Shown piece by piece: positions 34,341-34,782 of a DNA stretch of 34,782 nt. The notes below the pieces were generated by a model. That model saw only the letters and a list, made by a program, of their open reading frames with translations. It searched no databases and had not been told where the DNA came from. Within the stretch, counting starts at the first letter, position 1; every line of letters begins with the position of its first letter. Source of the stretch: Octopus bimaculoides (taxonomy: Eukaryota); assembly GCF_001194135.2 (NCBI RefSeq), contig NC_068981.1, positions 155,113,661-155,148,442 of the forward strand, given 5' to 3'. Position numbers and translations under genes: made by a program.

Positions 34341-34547
34341 CTTTAAAATGATATGATTGTTGTAAACAAGTCATCCAAGCTGTGCCATTCGTCTCCAATC
34401 TGCGATAAAACCATGATTAGCCATGGGGAAAAAAATACCTTCCTTGAGACAAGGGCAGATTGGACAGAGGAAGGGTATCCAACCATAGAAAATCTATTAC
34501 AAAGAATTTTCCAAACCAGCAAGAAAAGTAAGCATTAAAACACCACT

Positions 34548-34782
34548 ATGTATATATGTATGTATGTATGTATATATACACACATACATATATTCATATA
34601 TATATACACACACAAACATATATTCATATATATATACACACATATATATATACATATATATACACAAATATATACACATATATACACAAATATATACACA
34701 CATATATATATATATATACACACATATATACACAAATATATATATATATATACACACATATATACACAAATATATATATATA
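34548..34782. repeat. Compound (TA)/(CA)/(TATG) microsatellite
   Basis: Seen directly; it explains the YI/CV-rich spurious ORFs at the window end. Confidence 0.9.

Noticed and set aside
34497-34769. ORFs rich in Y, I, C and V (also at 921-1311, 15922-16227, 24449-24806)
   Set aside because: These are translations of (TA)/(TG)/(CA) microsatellites.

Overview
This is a eukaryotic, AT-rich, repeat-dominated window with five N gaps (979-1119, 19716-20665, 22258-22267, 30338-30393, 32698-32707). The SINE/LINE families and the (TA)n/(TG)n/(GAT)n microsatellites resemble those I recall from coleoid cephalopods (Octopus-like); that assignment is inference, not a database result. There is no intact multi-codon protein gene. 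Almost all supplied ORFs are chance frames, microsatellite frames or pieces of dead transposons. Reading all frames by eye shows layered TE fossils: (1) a Tc1 transposase with DD36(E) spacing, Incomer-like (2181-3027); (2) two piggyBac-type TTAA MITEs in inverted orientation (3578-3798, 5564-5786); (3) a hAT/ZMYM1-like transposase (~10300-11560); (4) a Helitron Rep-PIF1 gene (~12587-14560); (5) three RTE-clade LINE fragments, one with a PHD-like finger inside the RT region; (6) a long CR1-like LINE (~19090-23192) split by a TTAA-flanked piggyBac-like element; (7) a DD37D/maT-like mariner (24805-25580); (8) tRNA-derived SINEs whose 3' tail matches the CR1 3' end. The only host-gene candidate is a possible terminal exon on the minus strand at 32074, followed by a TE-poor, 3'UTR-like stretch. 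I found no convincing new biological system. The best leads are TE-evolution observations.
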